A stretch of 64,000 bases of DNA from positions 5,303 to 69,302 of the forward strand of contig JAQTQG010000004.1 of the NCBI GenBank assembly GCA_028712375.1. The letters run 5' to 3'. The notes beneath the pieces are model-generated. The model saw only the letters and a program-made list of their open reading frames with translations. It did not search any database and was not told where the DNA came from. The first letter of the stretch is position 1, and each line of letters opens with the position of its first letter. A program made the translations under genes and the position numbers. This document shows, one piece after another, positions 9,238 through 18,651 of this stretch. Source of the stretch: Candidatus Omnitrophota bacterium. Lineage in GTDB: Bacteria > Omnitrophota > Gorgyraeia > Gygaellales > Profunditerraquicolaceae.

Positions 9238-9911
9238 AGAATAAACATTGTGCGAATAAAGATATTCTGAAAGAAGACGATTTCACTAAAGAAGATACCT
9301 GGCGGATATTCAGGATTATGTCGGAATTCGTGGACGGTTTCGAGGTGCTTTCGAAAGTGGGTAAAGCTGTTTCTATTTTTGGGTCGGCCAGAACCAAACC
9401 GGATACCAAATTTTATAAATTAGCCGAAGAGGTCGCCTATCATATCGCTAAAGCCGGGTTTGCGGTAATTACCGGCAGCGGGCCCGGCCTGATGGAGGCG
9501 GCCAATAAAGGCGCCCGGCGGGGGAAAGGGCTATCTATCGGGTTGAATATCCATTTGCCCTGTGAGCAAAAACCGAACCAGTACGTGGATACGGTTTTAG
9601 GTTTTCGCTATTTTTTTGTGCGCAAGGTGATGTTTGTAAAATATGCCAAGGCTTTTGTAATTTTGCCCGGAGGTTTCGGCACGCTGGATGAATTTTTTGA
9701 GGCGATTACGCTTATTCAGACCGAAAGGATCGCTAAATTTCCGGTAATTCTTTTTAACAGCCAATACTGGAAACCGTTATTGGAGTGGTTAAAGAAAACA
9801 GTTTATGCTCACGGTAATGTGGATAAAAATGATTTGGATATATTTATTTTAGTGGATGACCCTAAAGAAGTAGCTTTAGCGATCAAGAAATTCTATGCTC
9901 AAAAATCCTAA
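9231..9911 (+). CDS. LOG-family (TIGR00730) nucleotide 5'-monophosphate nucleosidase-like protein, copy 1
   Basis: GSGPGLMEAANKGA and PGGFGTLDEFFE motifs. The ATG at 9231 overlaps the purL stop (ATGGTAA). The track start is 9213. Confidence 0.8.
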   Translation: MVKNKHCANKDILKEDDFTKEDTWRIFRIMSEFVDGFEVLSKVGKAVSIFGSARTKPDTKFYKLAEEVAYHIAKAGFAVITGSGPGLMEAANKGARRGKGLSIGLNIHLPCEQKPNQYVDTVLGFRYFFVRKVMFVKYAKAFVILPGGFGTLDEFFEAITLIQTERIAKFPVILFNSQYWKPLLEWLKKTVYAHGNVDKNDLDIFILVDDPKEVALAIKKFYAQKS

Positions 9912-10692
9912 GGTTTGTATTTTAAGAAGCGCGGGGACAAATTGCGACCAGGAAACTGCCGCGGCATTTTCGCTTGCCGGCGGGGCGCCGGAATTGCTGC
10001 ATATTAACAGCCTGGTCAGCGCAAACAGGCAGCTGGATGATTTTCATATTCTGGCTTTGCCCGGCGGATTTAGTTATGGCGATGATGTGGCTTCGGGGAA
10101 GATTTTTGCCAATGAATTAAGATTTAAACTGGCAGAGGCATTGCGTAAATTTATTGCCGACGGTAAATTGATTATCGGTATTTGTAATGGTTTTCAAATC
10201 CTGGTAAAAAGCGGTTTTTTACCCGGCAGCCCTGCGCGCAGCAAAGAAGAACTGAATCAGGAAACCAGTTTAATCCTCAATGATTCAGCGAAATTCGAAG
10301 CACGCTGGGTTTATCTGAAACCCGGCGGACGGTGCGTCTGGACTAAGGGGTTAAAAAAAATAATCTATCTTCCGGTGGCTCACGGTGAAGGTAAATTTGT
10401 AGTGCAGGATAAAAATGTACTGAACCGCCTGAAGAAAAATAACCAAATTGTTTTTGAATATTGCGACGCGCAGGGGCAGCCCGGCGGGTATCCGGTTAAC
10501 CCCAACGGTTCTTTGGAAAATATCGCGGGCATTACCGACCCCACCGGCAGGATTTTAGGTTTAATGCCCCATCCGGAAAGGCATCTATTGCCCGCGCATC
10601 ATCCGCGAAAGGACCAAATAAAGTTTAAGCAGGAAGGCGACGGCTTACAAATATTTAAGAATGGAGTGAAATATGTTAAAGAAAATTTCTAA
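9895..10692 (+). CDS. purQ: FGAM synthase glutaminase subunit
   Basis: 265 aa. Class-I amidotransferase with GICNGFQIL catalytic Cys motif and HPE(R)H near the C-terminus. Confidence 0.9.
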   Translation: MLKNPKVCILRSAGTNCDQETAAAFSLAGGAPELLHINSLVSANRQLDDFHILALPGGFSYGDDVASGKIFANELRFKLAEALRKFIADGKLIIGICNGFQILVKSGFLPGSPARSKEELNQETSLILNDSAKFEARWVYLKPGGRCVWTKGLKKIIYLPVAHGEGKFVVQDKNVLNRLKKNNQIVFEYCDAQGQPGGYPVNPNGSLENIAGITDPTGRILGLMPHPERHLLPAHHPRKDQIKFKQEGDGLQIFKNGVKYVKENF

Positions 10693-12121
10693 TGATGAGC
10701 CGAAAGAGTATTGCGGATTATTCGGGATAACCAATAACCGCCAGGCGATTTGGCTTACTTATTTAGGGCTTTTTGCCCAGCAGCATCGCGGCCAGGAGGC
10801 TTGCGGTATTGTGGCCAATAACCAGGGCGCGCTTTCTATTCATAAAGATATGGGGTTGGTCAGCGATGTGTTCAGCGAAAAAGTACTTAGCCGGCTTAAG
10901 GGGAATATGGCAGTTGGCCATGTGCGTTATTCGACTACCGGTTCCAGTGTTTTAAAAAACGCGCAGCCGCTTCTGATTGATTATGCTAATGGTTCGATTT
11001 GTATCGCGCATAACGGTAATTTAGTGAATTCTTTTGAGCTGCGGCAGAAACTGGAAAAATCCGGTTCAATATTTCAGACTACTACCGATTCAGAATTAAT
11101 TATTCACCTGATGGCGCGCAGCAATAAGCGCAGTCTGGAAGACAGTCTGGTTTATGCTTTAAAAAGAGTCAAGGGCGCGTATTCTTTGGTAATGATGAAC
11201 AGCGAGTATTTGATGGGGATGCGGGATCCGCATGGTTTCCGGCCGTTGGCTTTAGGTAAGCTGGGTTCTTCGTATTGTTTTGCTTCAGAGACATGCGCTT
11301 TTGATTTAATCGGCGCTAAATTTATCCGCCAGGTTGATCCGGGAGAGATAGTTTTTATTAATAATCAGGGGGTGGTAAAATCGATTAAACCCCGGGAGTT
11401 AGTTGCCAGCCATTACGCGTTTTGCGCTTTTGAACATGTTTATTTTTCCCGCCCGGATTCTAAAGTATTTGGTGATACGGTGCATACTGTGCGCAGGAAA
11501 TTCGGAGCGCAATTGGCTAAAGAGCATCCGGTCCAGGCGGATTTTGTAGTGCCGGTTCCGGATTCCGGATTTTCCGCGGCGTTAGGTTATTCGCAGGAAT
11601 CCGGTATCCCCCTGGAAATGGGGATTATTCGTAATCACTATGTCGGCAGGACTTTTATCCAGCCGGCGCAGGACGCCCGGGATATGGGGGTGCGGGTAAA
11701 ATTCAATACCTTAAGGGATGTTTTGAAAGGCAAGCGTATTATTGTCGTGGATGATTCCATTGTACGCGGGACTACCTCTAAAATCCGCGTGCGTAATCTG
11801 CGTAAAGCCGGGGTTAAAGAAGTGCACTTGAGGATTTCCTGCCCGGCGCACCGCTACCCGTGTTTTTATGGGATTGATTTTCATAAATCCAGCGAGTTGA
11901 TTGCGAATAAATATGAAACACTGGAGAAGATCAGTAAATATTTGGAAGTCGACAGCCTGGGTTATTTAAGTTTACCCGGGATGCTTAACTGTTTGGCCAG
12001 TGGTAAGGAGAATTATTGTACTGCCTGTTGGACAGGTAAATATGCGGTAAGGGCCGAAAAGAAACACAGTAAATTTTCTTTAGAGAGGCGCTGCTGCGGG
12101 CAGGGGGAAATTCAAAAATAG
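10673..12121 (+). CDS. purF: Amidophosphoribosyltransferase
   Basis: 482 aa. N-terminal Ntn nucleophile CGLFGI, a PRTase domain (VDDSIVRGTT) and C-terminal Cys residues. Confidence 0.9.
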   Translation: MLKKISNDEPKEYCGLFGITNNRQAIWLTYLGLFAQQHRGQEACGIVANNQGALSIHKDMGLVSDVFSEKVLSRLKGNMAVGHVRYSTTGSSVLKNAQPLLIDYANGSICIAHNGNLVNSFELRQKLEKSGSIFQTTTDSELIIHLMARSNKRSLEDSLVYALKRVKGAYSLVMMNSEYLMGMRDPHGFRPLALGKLGSSYCFASETCAFDLIGAKFIRQVDPGEIVFINNQGVVKSIKPRELVASHYAFCAFEHVYFSRPDSKVFGDTVHTVRRKFGAQLAKEHPVQADFVVPVPDSGFSAALGYSQESGIPLEMGIIRNHYVGRTFIQPAQDARDMGVRVKFNTLRDVLKGKRIIVVDDSIVRGTTSKIRVRNLRKAGVKEVHLRISCPAHRYPCFYGIDFHKSSELIANKYETLEKISKYLEVDSLGYLSLPGMLNCLASGKENYCTACWTGKYAVRAEKKHSKFSLERRCCGQGEIQK

Positions 12122-12201
12122 TATATTAGCGGGTCCCCGCCACAAAGCTTGGCGGGCAGGCTGCCGATGATGCAGTTATCGTCATGCGCTAATATCTATG
12201 T

Positions 12202-13224
12202 TTGGTGATAGGAGGAGTGGTGAAAAAGATTACTTATAAAGATTCAGGAGTAGATATTAAAAGCGCCAGCATCTTTAAATCTAAAATTAAGCCTTTGGTG
12301 CGCAGTTCTTTTCGCCCGGAAGTCTTAACAGATATCGGAGGTTTCGGAAGCTTCTTTAAGTTAAATAAGAATAAATATAAGGATCCGGTTTTAGTTTCTT
12401 CCAGCGACGGAGTGGGCACGAAATTGATGATCGCCAAGTTGGCGAATAAACACGATACCGTGGGTATTGATGCGGTAGCGATGAATGTGAATGATATTCT
12501 GTGCACCGGAGCCGAATCTCTATTTTTTCTGGATTATATTGCTTTTACCAAGGTTAAAGAAAGCGTCTTGGTGGATATCGTGAAAGGGATTAATGACGGA
12601 TGCCGCCAGGCAGGTTGTTCTTTAATCGGCGGGGAGACTGCCCAGATGCCGGGGATGTACCGGAATGGCGAGTATGATATCGCCGGTTTCTGCGTGGGGG
12701 TAGTGGAAAGAGAAAAGATTATTAATGGCTCAAAAATTAAACCTACGGATGCGGTAATCGGAATTGCTTCCAGCGGCCTGCATTCCAACGGTTATTCTTT
12801 AGTCCGGAAAGTTTTAGGCCCTGCGGAACAAAAAAGGATGAGCGCGCAATTACTGGAACCCACGCGTATTTATGTCCAGCCGGTACTTAATCTGCTTAGC
12901 CGTTACGTCGCCGCGATCCATGGTATCAGCCATATTACCGGCGGGGCTTTTTACGATAAGATCAGCCGGATATTGCCGCAGAATATTGATGTGTGTATCG
13001 AGAAAAGCTCCTGGAAAGTGCCTGAAATATTCAGGCTTATTCAATATAAAGGCAATATCGCTGATTTGGAAATGTACCGCACCCTGAATATGGGGATTGG
13101 CCTGGTTTTAATTGCGCAAAAGCAAGAAGCCGGGCGGATTATGAAAAGTTTAGCGGAATTAAAATTGAAATCCTGGATTATCGGGGCGGCGGTAAAAGGG
13201 CATAAACAGGTGAATATACTTTAA
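12202..13224 (+). CDS. purM: Phosphoribosylformylglycinamidine cyclo-ligase (AIR synthetase). The true start is probably the GTG at 12217/12220, after AGGAGG.
   Basis: KKITYKDSGVDI N-terminus and an AIRS/AIRS_C fold. Confidence 0.9.
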   Translation: MVIGGVVKKITYKDSGVDIKSASIFKSKIKPLVRSSFRPEVLTDIGGFGSFFKLNKNKYKDPVLVSSSDGVGTKLMIAKLANKHDTVGIDAVAMNVNDILCTGAESLFFLDYIAFTKVKESVLVDIVKGINDGCRQAGCSLIGGETAQMPGMYRNGEYDIAGFCVGVVEREKIINGSKIKPTDAVIGIASSGLHSNGYSLVRKVLGPAEQKRMSAQLLEPTRIYVQPVLNLLSRYVAAIHGISHITGGAFYDKISRILPQNIDVCIEKSSWKVPEIFRLIQYKGNIADLEMYRTLNMGIGLVLIAQKQEAGRIMKSLAELKLKSWIIGAAVKGHKQVNIL

Positions 13225-13282
13225 GTCAACCGGCGCTAATCTAAATGCGTCGATACGGTGTTTACGCACAAAGGAGGCAGGG

Positions 13283-14152
13283 ATGAGTTTAATTGGATTA
13301 ATTATTGTCGGAGCAGTGGTGATTTTCTTTATGGGAATTAGAATTGTGCGGCCGACTCACCGCGGCCTGGTGGAAAGATTAGGTAAATATAACCGTTTTG
13401 CTAATCCGGGATTTAATTGGGTAATCCCGATAGTTGAGAATCTCTACCAAATTAATATTACCGAGCAGATGGTTGATGCGGAACCGCAGGAGATTATCAC
13501 TAATGATAACTTGAATGCGAAAGTGGATGCGCAGGTTTATTTTAAAGTAAAAGCTGATGAGGAAAGCGTAAAAAGCACGCAGTATAACGTGAATAATTAT
13601 CAGTGGCAGATTGTAAATTTAGCGCGGACTACCTTAAGGAATATCATCGGTACCCTGACTTTGAAGTCGGCTAACAGCGAGAGGGGTAAAATCAACGCAG
13701 AGTTGCATAAAACGCTCTGCGAGGAGACCGCCAGCTGGGGATTGGAGATTGTCCGGACCGAACTTAAAGAAATTGATCCGCCTAAAGATGTCCAGGAAAC
13801 GATGAACAAAGTAGTCAAGGCGGAGAACGAAAAACTTTCCGCGGTGGATTATGCCACGGCCACGGAAACGGTTGCCGACGGGCAGAAGCGCGCGGAGATC
13901 AAAAAAGCCGAAGGTATTAAGCAGGCCAGGATCCTGGCGGCCGAAGGCGAGGCGGAAGCCATCCGGTTAGTTAATGAGGCAGCGGAGAAATACTTTACCG
14001 GCAATGCGCAGGTACTGCGTAAGTTAGAAGCGGTGGAGAAATCTCTGGAGCATAATGCCAAGATCGTGGTTCCGGCCAATACCGAATTAGTCAATGTCAT
14101 TGGAGAGATGGCCGGTTTTTTACCAATCAAAACCAAAGAAGATAAGAAATAA
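13283..14152 (+). CDS. SPFH/Band-7 (stomatin/prohibitin-like) membrane protein
   Basis: N-terminal TM segment followed by a Band-7 core (RFANPGFNWVIP..., TLKSANSERGKIN...). Confidence 0.8.
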   Translation: MSLIGLIIVGAVVIFFMGIRIVRPTHRGLVERLGKYNRFANPGFNWVIPIVENLYQINITEQMVDAEPQEIITNDNLNAKVDAQVYFKVKADEESVKSTQYNVNNYQWQIVNLARTTLRNIIGTLTLKSANSERGKINAELHKTLCEETASWGLEIVRTELKEIDPPKDVQETMNKVVKAENEKLSAVDYATATETVADGQKRAEIKKAEGIKQARILAAEGEAEAIRLVNEAAEKYFTGNAQVLRKLEAVEKSLEHNAKIVVPANTELVNVIGEMAGFLPIKTKEDKK

Positions 14153-14204
14153 ACCGTAGATCAGTATTATTTAGTAAAACAAGTTAACCATAAGGAGCCA
14201 GCAG

Positions 14205-14630
14205 GTGTCTGGAGCAAGCATTGTTAACAGTGAATCTATAAAACCCAAATCAGTAATTATGGGAGTGCGTTTTTTGTATGCTGCCATTATTGTCAGTTTT
14301 TTGCGCGGGATAATTGTGGGGCGGCAAATAGGTGAGGTTGAAAATATTCCGTTTGTTTCTGTAATTTTGGTTTTGATTTTTGTTTCATGCCTAACATGGT
14401 TTTTGGTATATAAAATCAGCCTGGGGAAAAATTGGGCCAGAATTCTTTATACGATATTGTTTATTATCGGCAATGGGCTTACTATTTTTCCGTTAATTGC
14501 TTCTGTAGTAAAACATCCTGTCTCCGGGTTGTTAGGGATCGGGCAGGCTGTTTTAGAATTAATCGGAATGATGATGCTGTTTTCCGTTTCATCTAATCAA
14601 TGGTTTAAGTTAAGCAGGATAAAGGAGTAA
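14205..14630 (+). CDS. Hypothetical multi-pass membrane protein
   Basis: 141 aa with hydrophobic segments. No recognisable family. Confidence 0.4.
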   Translation: MSGASIVNSESIKPKSVIMGVRFLYAAIIVSFLRGIIVGRQIGEVENIPFVSVILVLIFVSCLTWFLVYKISLGKNWARILYTILFIIGNGLTIFPLIASVVKHPVSGLLGIGQAVLELIGMMMLFSVSSNQWFKLSRIKE

Positions 14631-14636
14631 CGCCTG

Positions 14637-15020
14637 GTGAAGCCGCTTAAGTTGTGGTTGCCGGTCATTATTTGGGCAGGCATTATTTTTTTATTTTCCA
14701 GTATACCAAATTTAAAAACAGACCTTGAATATGATTTTTTCTTAAGAAAAGTAGCCCATATTACCGAATATTTTATTTTTACTTTTCTTTTGTTTAGGGC
14801 ATTTGCCGGTTCTTTCAGGATGGGCGGAGTTTCTTTTATTTGCCCGGCTGTTTTTTCGTTCCTTTATGTTATTTCCGATGAAATCCATCAATATTTTGTC
14901 CCGGGCAGGCATTGTTCTTTTGCGGATATTTTGATTGATAGCACAGGTATTATTTGTTTCTATATTCTGGTTGTTTATCAAAGAAGGGCCCGGGGCCGTT
15001 TGTTTAGTGAGGCAAGATGA
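14637..15020 (+). CDS. VanZ-like family membrane protein
   Basis: 127 aa, 4 TM-like segments. VanZ-like pattern (RKVAHITEYFIF...). Confidence 0.55.
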   Translation: MKPLKLWLPVIIWAGIIFLFSSIPNLKTDLEYDFFLRKVAHITEYFIFTFLLFRAFAGSFRMGGVSFICPAVFSFLYVISDEIHQYFVPGRHCSFADILIDSTGIICFYILVVYQRRARGRLFSEAR

Positions 15021-15499
15021 AAATAATTTTACTAGCAGTTTCGGGGATTATATTTTTTGCCAGCCTGTGTTTTGCCCAGGATCATTATGCTTTGGTGGAA
15101 GTGTTGATTAAAAATGACGCGGGTTTAGCTTTTACCATGAATACGATCACTAAAACTCCGGACCAGGAAACCTGCCAGAGCGTATTGCTGCCGATAGAGC
15201 AGTTAAAAAATAAATATACAGTGAGAACCGGATGTGTCAGCGGGCCGGAATGGGATAAAATTTTGGCGGATACTTTCGCGAATAAGCCCACCTCGTCATT
15301 ATATATTTCTTATAAAGACCCCAAGGGCCATGAAACCAGGATTAATACGAAAGTGTTATCAGGCTCAGGCTCCCAGACTCCCGGTTTACCGGTAGATCCG
15401 CCGGCAGGAGAGATTGTGCTTTGGGCCAGCGCGATGATGGATGCGCTGGAAAAAGGCGGGATTAAAAATGCCAGGATAATCTATCCGGCTAAAAAATGA
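15017..15499 (+). CDS. Hypothetical secreted protein
   Basis: Signal peptide MKIILLAVSGIIFFASLCFAQ. No family recognised. Confidence 0.4.
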   Translation: MKIILLAVSGIIFFASLCFAQDHYALVEVLIKNDAGLAFTMNTITKTPDQETCQSVLLPIEQLKNKYTVRTGCVSGPEWDKILADTFANKPTSSLYISYKDPKGHETRINTKVLSGSGSQTPGLPVDPPAGEIVLWASAMMDALEKGGIKNARIIYPAKK

Positions 15500-15509
15500 A
15501 AGGATAATT

Positions 15510-15806
15510 ATGTTTGATAAAATGAAGGGGTTGTTTGAAATGCAGAAAAAGATGCAGGAGGTCAAGCGTGTATTAGAAGAGACAAATTTTGACATACAAA
15601 GCTCTGATGGCCTGGTAAAGATTACGATGAACGGCGCGCAGGAGGTGCAGGCAATCACGGTTAAAGATAGCCTTACGGAACAAGATAAAGCCCGCCTGAA
15701 TGCCGCGCTAAAAGATACCTTTAACCGTTCTATTAAACGTTCACAGGAGATCGCCGCTTCGAAGATGCGGGAAGTTACCGGAATTAATATCCCGGGCCTT
15801 ACATAA
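15510..15806 (+). CDS. ybaB: YbaB/EbfC nucleoid-associated protein
   Basis: 98 aa with a GLFEMQKKMQEV...VKITMNG pattern. Confidence 0.85.
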   Translation: MFDKMKGLFEMQKKMQEVKRVLEETNFDIQSSDGLVKITMNGAQEVQAITVKDSLTEQDKARLNAALKDTFNRSIKRSQEIAASKMREVTGINIPGLT

Positions 15807-16114
15807 TGTTTATTTTAGCTAATTTTATATCCGCAGCTGCCCATATTTTTGATGTTTTACTGAACATCGCTTATTGGCTAGTGCTCATCCGGGCATTGAT
15901 CAGCTGGGTAAATCCGGATCCGAATAGCCCGATTGTGCAGTTTCTTTATAAAACTACCGAGCCGATTTTAGAGCCGATCAGAAGGCGCCTGCCTTTGAGT
16001 TTTCGATTCGGCTTGGATATTTCGCCGGTAATCGTAATCCTTGCCGTGATGTTTTTAAAGTCATTTTTGATAAAATCCCTGTTTGACCTTAGTATGTGGA
16101 TAAGATTCAAATGA
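15806..16114 (+). CDS. YggT-family membrane protein
   Basis: 102 aa. The LIRALISWVNPDP motif is characteristic of YggT. Confidence 0.7.
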   Translation: MFILANFISAAAHIFDVLLNIAYWLVLIRALISWVNPDPNSPIVQFLYKTTEPILEPIRRRLPLSFRFGLDISPVIVILAVMFLKSFLIKSLFDLSMWIRFK

Positions 16115-16812
16115 AAAACTGGATAAAAAGTATTTTTCTTGCTGTGGTAATGGTTCTTTCTTCTTTGGTTTCGTCCTGGGCGCAGGATTGGGAAAAGCAG
16201 GGGGATTATTATTACCTTACCAAAAATAACCGGGATAGTTTCAGCCTGCCTGGGGCAGGGCCGAATAAATTCGCCAGTAAATATCTGCAATATGACGGGA
16301 TTGATTTTTTGGTGCGGGGAGCCGGCGATTGGCAGGATTATGGCAGGCTTAATCTTGAGTATGATAATATTTTTTCTGTGCCGATACGCCATGGAATGAA
16401 GGTCGATGAGCTGCATCTATTGGCGGGAGGAAACTACAGCAATAGTTATGAGCATGACGGGTTAATGCGCCTGTATGGAGATAAATATTTTTACGCTACC
16501 CTGACGGTGATTTTTGTTTACGAAGACGGCGCATACCAGGAGCTTTCTGTGCCGGTTTTTTGGGATTGGTTTCATATCGGGCCGGGTTCGTGGGGTAAAA
16601 ATGGGGCAAAGATCAAATCTTTAGGTGAGAATCCCGTCCGCAAGGATTGCAATATGTTTCAAGTCAGTTTTGTTAATCCCCGGCCGGCAGAAGCGCTAAA
16701 GGATATTTTAATTACGGATAGCTGGATCAGCGACCGTCCTTTTTCAGATGTTTTTGCAGTGACCTTGAAATCCACAGATATTTTGGAAGCATTACCGAAA
16801 GAAGGAAGGTAG
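16111..16812 (+). CDS. Hypothetical secreted protein
   Basis: Signal peptide (MKNWIKSIFLAVVMVLSSLVSSWAQ). Aromatic-rich. No family recognised. Confidence 0.4.
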   Translation: MKNWIKSIFLAVVMVLSSLVSSWAQDWEKQGDYYYLTKNNRDSFSLPGAGPNKFASKYLQYDGIDFLVRGAGDWQDYGRLNLEYDNIFSVPIRHGMKVDELHLLAGGNYSNSYEHDGLMRLYGDKYFYATLTVIFVYEDGAYQELSVPVFWDWFHIGPGSWGKNGAKIKSLGENPVRKDCNMFQVSFVNPRPAEALKDILITDSWISDRPFSDVFAVTLKSTDILEALPKEGR

Positions 16813-18111
16813 ATGAGAATCTTAGTGATTGGCTCAGGCGGACGCGAACATGCTTTAGCCTGGAAGATCAAACAGTCTAAATTGTGCGATAAATTGTTTT
16901 GCGCACCCGGTAACGGCGGGATAGAGCAAATTGCCGAATGTATTGATATTAAGGCCGATGATGTTGCCGGGTTACTGGATTTTGCCAGAAAAGAAAAAAT
17001 CGATCTTACGGTGGTAGGGCCGGAGAAGGCTTTAGCGCTGGGGATTGTTGACGAATTTACTAAAGCCGGGTTAAAAATTTTCGGGCCGAATAAAAAAGCG
17101 GCGAATTTAGAGGCGAGCAAAGTTTTTTCTAAAGAGTTGATGGCTAAATATAATGTTCCTACCGCCAAATTTAAAATTTTCGATAGCCCGGATGCGGCGA
17201 AAAAGTATATTGAAGAAAATGGCGCTCCCTGCGTAGTGAAAGCAGACGGCCTGGCGGCGGGCAAAGGGGTGGTGGTGGCTAAAACCGTGGATGAGGCTAA
17301 AACCGCTGTCACTTCTATGATGCAGGATAAAATCTTCGGGGATGCCGCCAAAAAGATAATTATTGAAGACTGCCTGATCGGGCAAGAGGCCTCGATTTTA
17401 GTAATTACAGATTCTAAAGCAGTGTTGGCTTTGGCCAGCGCGCAGGATCATAAAAGAATATTTGATGATGACCGGGGGGCAAACACCGGCGGAATGGGCG
17501 CGTATTCTCCGGCGCCGATTGTGACGGATCTCATCTTAAAAGAAGTAATGGATAAGATAATTTTTCGTACTATCGATGGGCTGGCTAAAGAAGGGATTGA
17601 TTACCGCGGAGTTTTATATGCCGGCGTAATGTTGACTAAAGACGGCCCGCAGGCTTTGGAGTTTAATGTGCGTTTCGGTGATCCGGAGACGCAGGCTATC
17701 CTGCCCAGGTTAAAATCTGATTTAATAGAAGTAATGCTGGCAGCCGGCGCGGGGAAGCTTTCTAAGATCGGCGCTTTAGAATGGGACAGCAGGGCTTGCG
17801 TGTGCGTAGTTTGCGCTGCCGGCGGTTATCCCGGGAATTATGCAAAAGGAAAAGTAATCAGCGGTTTAGAGGAGGCAGAGAGCATAAAAGATGTAGTGGT
17901 TTTTCACGCCGGCACAGAGTTAAGGACAATCAATGACGTGGGGCAGAGGCAGGAGCGGGAATATTTAACCAGCGGCGGCAGAGTATTAGGTGTGACCGGC
18001 TTAGGCGCGACAATTAAAGAGGCGATTAATAAAACTTATCAGGCAGTGGATAAAATTAAGTTCGAAGGGATGCAATATCGTAAAGATATTGGTAAAAAAG
18101 CTGTGAGTTAA
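16813..18111 (+). CDS. purD: Phosphoribosylamine-glycine ligase
   Basis: 432 aa. N-terminus MRILVIGSGGREHALAWK and an ATP-grasp fold. Confidence 0.9.
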   Translation: MRILVIGSGGREHALAWKIKQSKLCDKLFCAPGNGGIEQIAECIDIKADDVAGLLDFARKEKIDLTVVGPEKALALGIVDEFTKAGLKIFGPNKKAANLEASKVFSKELMAKYNVPTAKFKIFDSPDAAKKYIEENGAPCVVKADGLAAGKGVVVAKTVDEAKTAVTSMMQDKIFGDAAKKIIIEDCLIGQEASILVITDSKAVLALASAQDHKRIFDDDRGANTGGMGAYSPAPIVTDLILKEVMDKIIFRTIDGLAKEGIDYRGVLYAGVMLTKDGPQALEFNVRFGDPETQAILPRLKSDLIEVMLAAGAGKLSKIGALEWDSRACVCVVCAAGGYPGNYAKGKVISGLEEAESIKDVVVFHAGTELRTINDVGQRQEREYLTSGGRVLGVTGLGATIKEAINKTYQAVDKIKFEGMQYRKDIGKKAVS

Positions 18112-18168
18112 GGCACCCGGCGCTAATCGGTATTGCGCCGGTGTCGTTTAGGTAAACGAGGAGGATAA

Positions 18169-18651
18169 ATGAAAAAAATCAGCATTCTTATGGGCAGCCA
18201 GTCGGATTTAGAAACAGTGAATGAAGCGGTTAATGTCTTAAAGGAATTTAAAGTTGATTTTGATCTGAAGGTTTTATCCGCGCACCGGACTCCGCGGGAA
18301 GTGGCTGCATACGTGGAAGCGGCTCCGAAAAGGGGAACGAAAGTATTTATTGCGGCTGCCGGAATGTCGGCGGCTTTAGCCGGTGTGGTTGCGGCACACA
18401 CTACTTTGCCGGTTGTCGGTATTCCTATTGAAACGAAAAACTTAAAAGGCATTGATTCTCTTTTATCTACCGTGCAGATGCCTCCGGGAATTCCCGTGGC
18501 TTGTATGTCAATCGGTAAGGCGGGGGCCAAGAATGCCGCGCTTTTTGCTTTGGAAATATTAGGAACCAGTGATGCTAAAATCAGCACTAAGCTGGTTAAT
18601 TATAAAAAACAGATGCGCCTTAAGATCATCAAAACAAAAATTAAGTTATGA
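18169..18651 (+). CDS. purE: N5-carboxyaminoimidazole ribonucleotide mutase
   Basis: 160 aa. ILMGSQSDL and AAGMSAALAGVVAAHTTLPVVGIP signatures. Confidence 0.9.
   Translation: MKKISILMGSQSDLETVNEAVNVLKEFKVDFDLKVLSAHRTPREVAAYVEAAPKRGTKVFIAAAGMSAALAGVVAAHTTLPVVGIPIETKNLKGIDSLLSTVQMPPGIPVACMSIGKAGAKNAALFALEILGTSDAKISTKLVNYKKQMRLKIIKTKIKL

Noticed and set aside
10773-10955. 60-aa alternate-frame ORF inside purF
   Set aside because: Nested in a highly conserved enzyme gene. No support.
16659-17351. 230-aa minus-strand ORF spanning the purD start. Also 17107..17385 and 18123..18587 antisense to purD/purE.
   Set aside because: Antisense to strongly supported pur genes. Ala/Ser-rich low-complexity translations.
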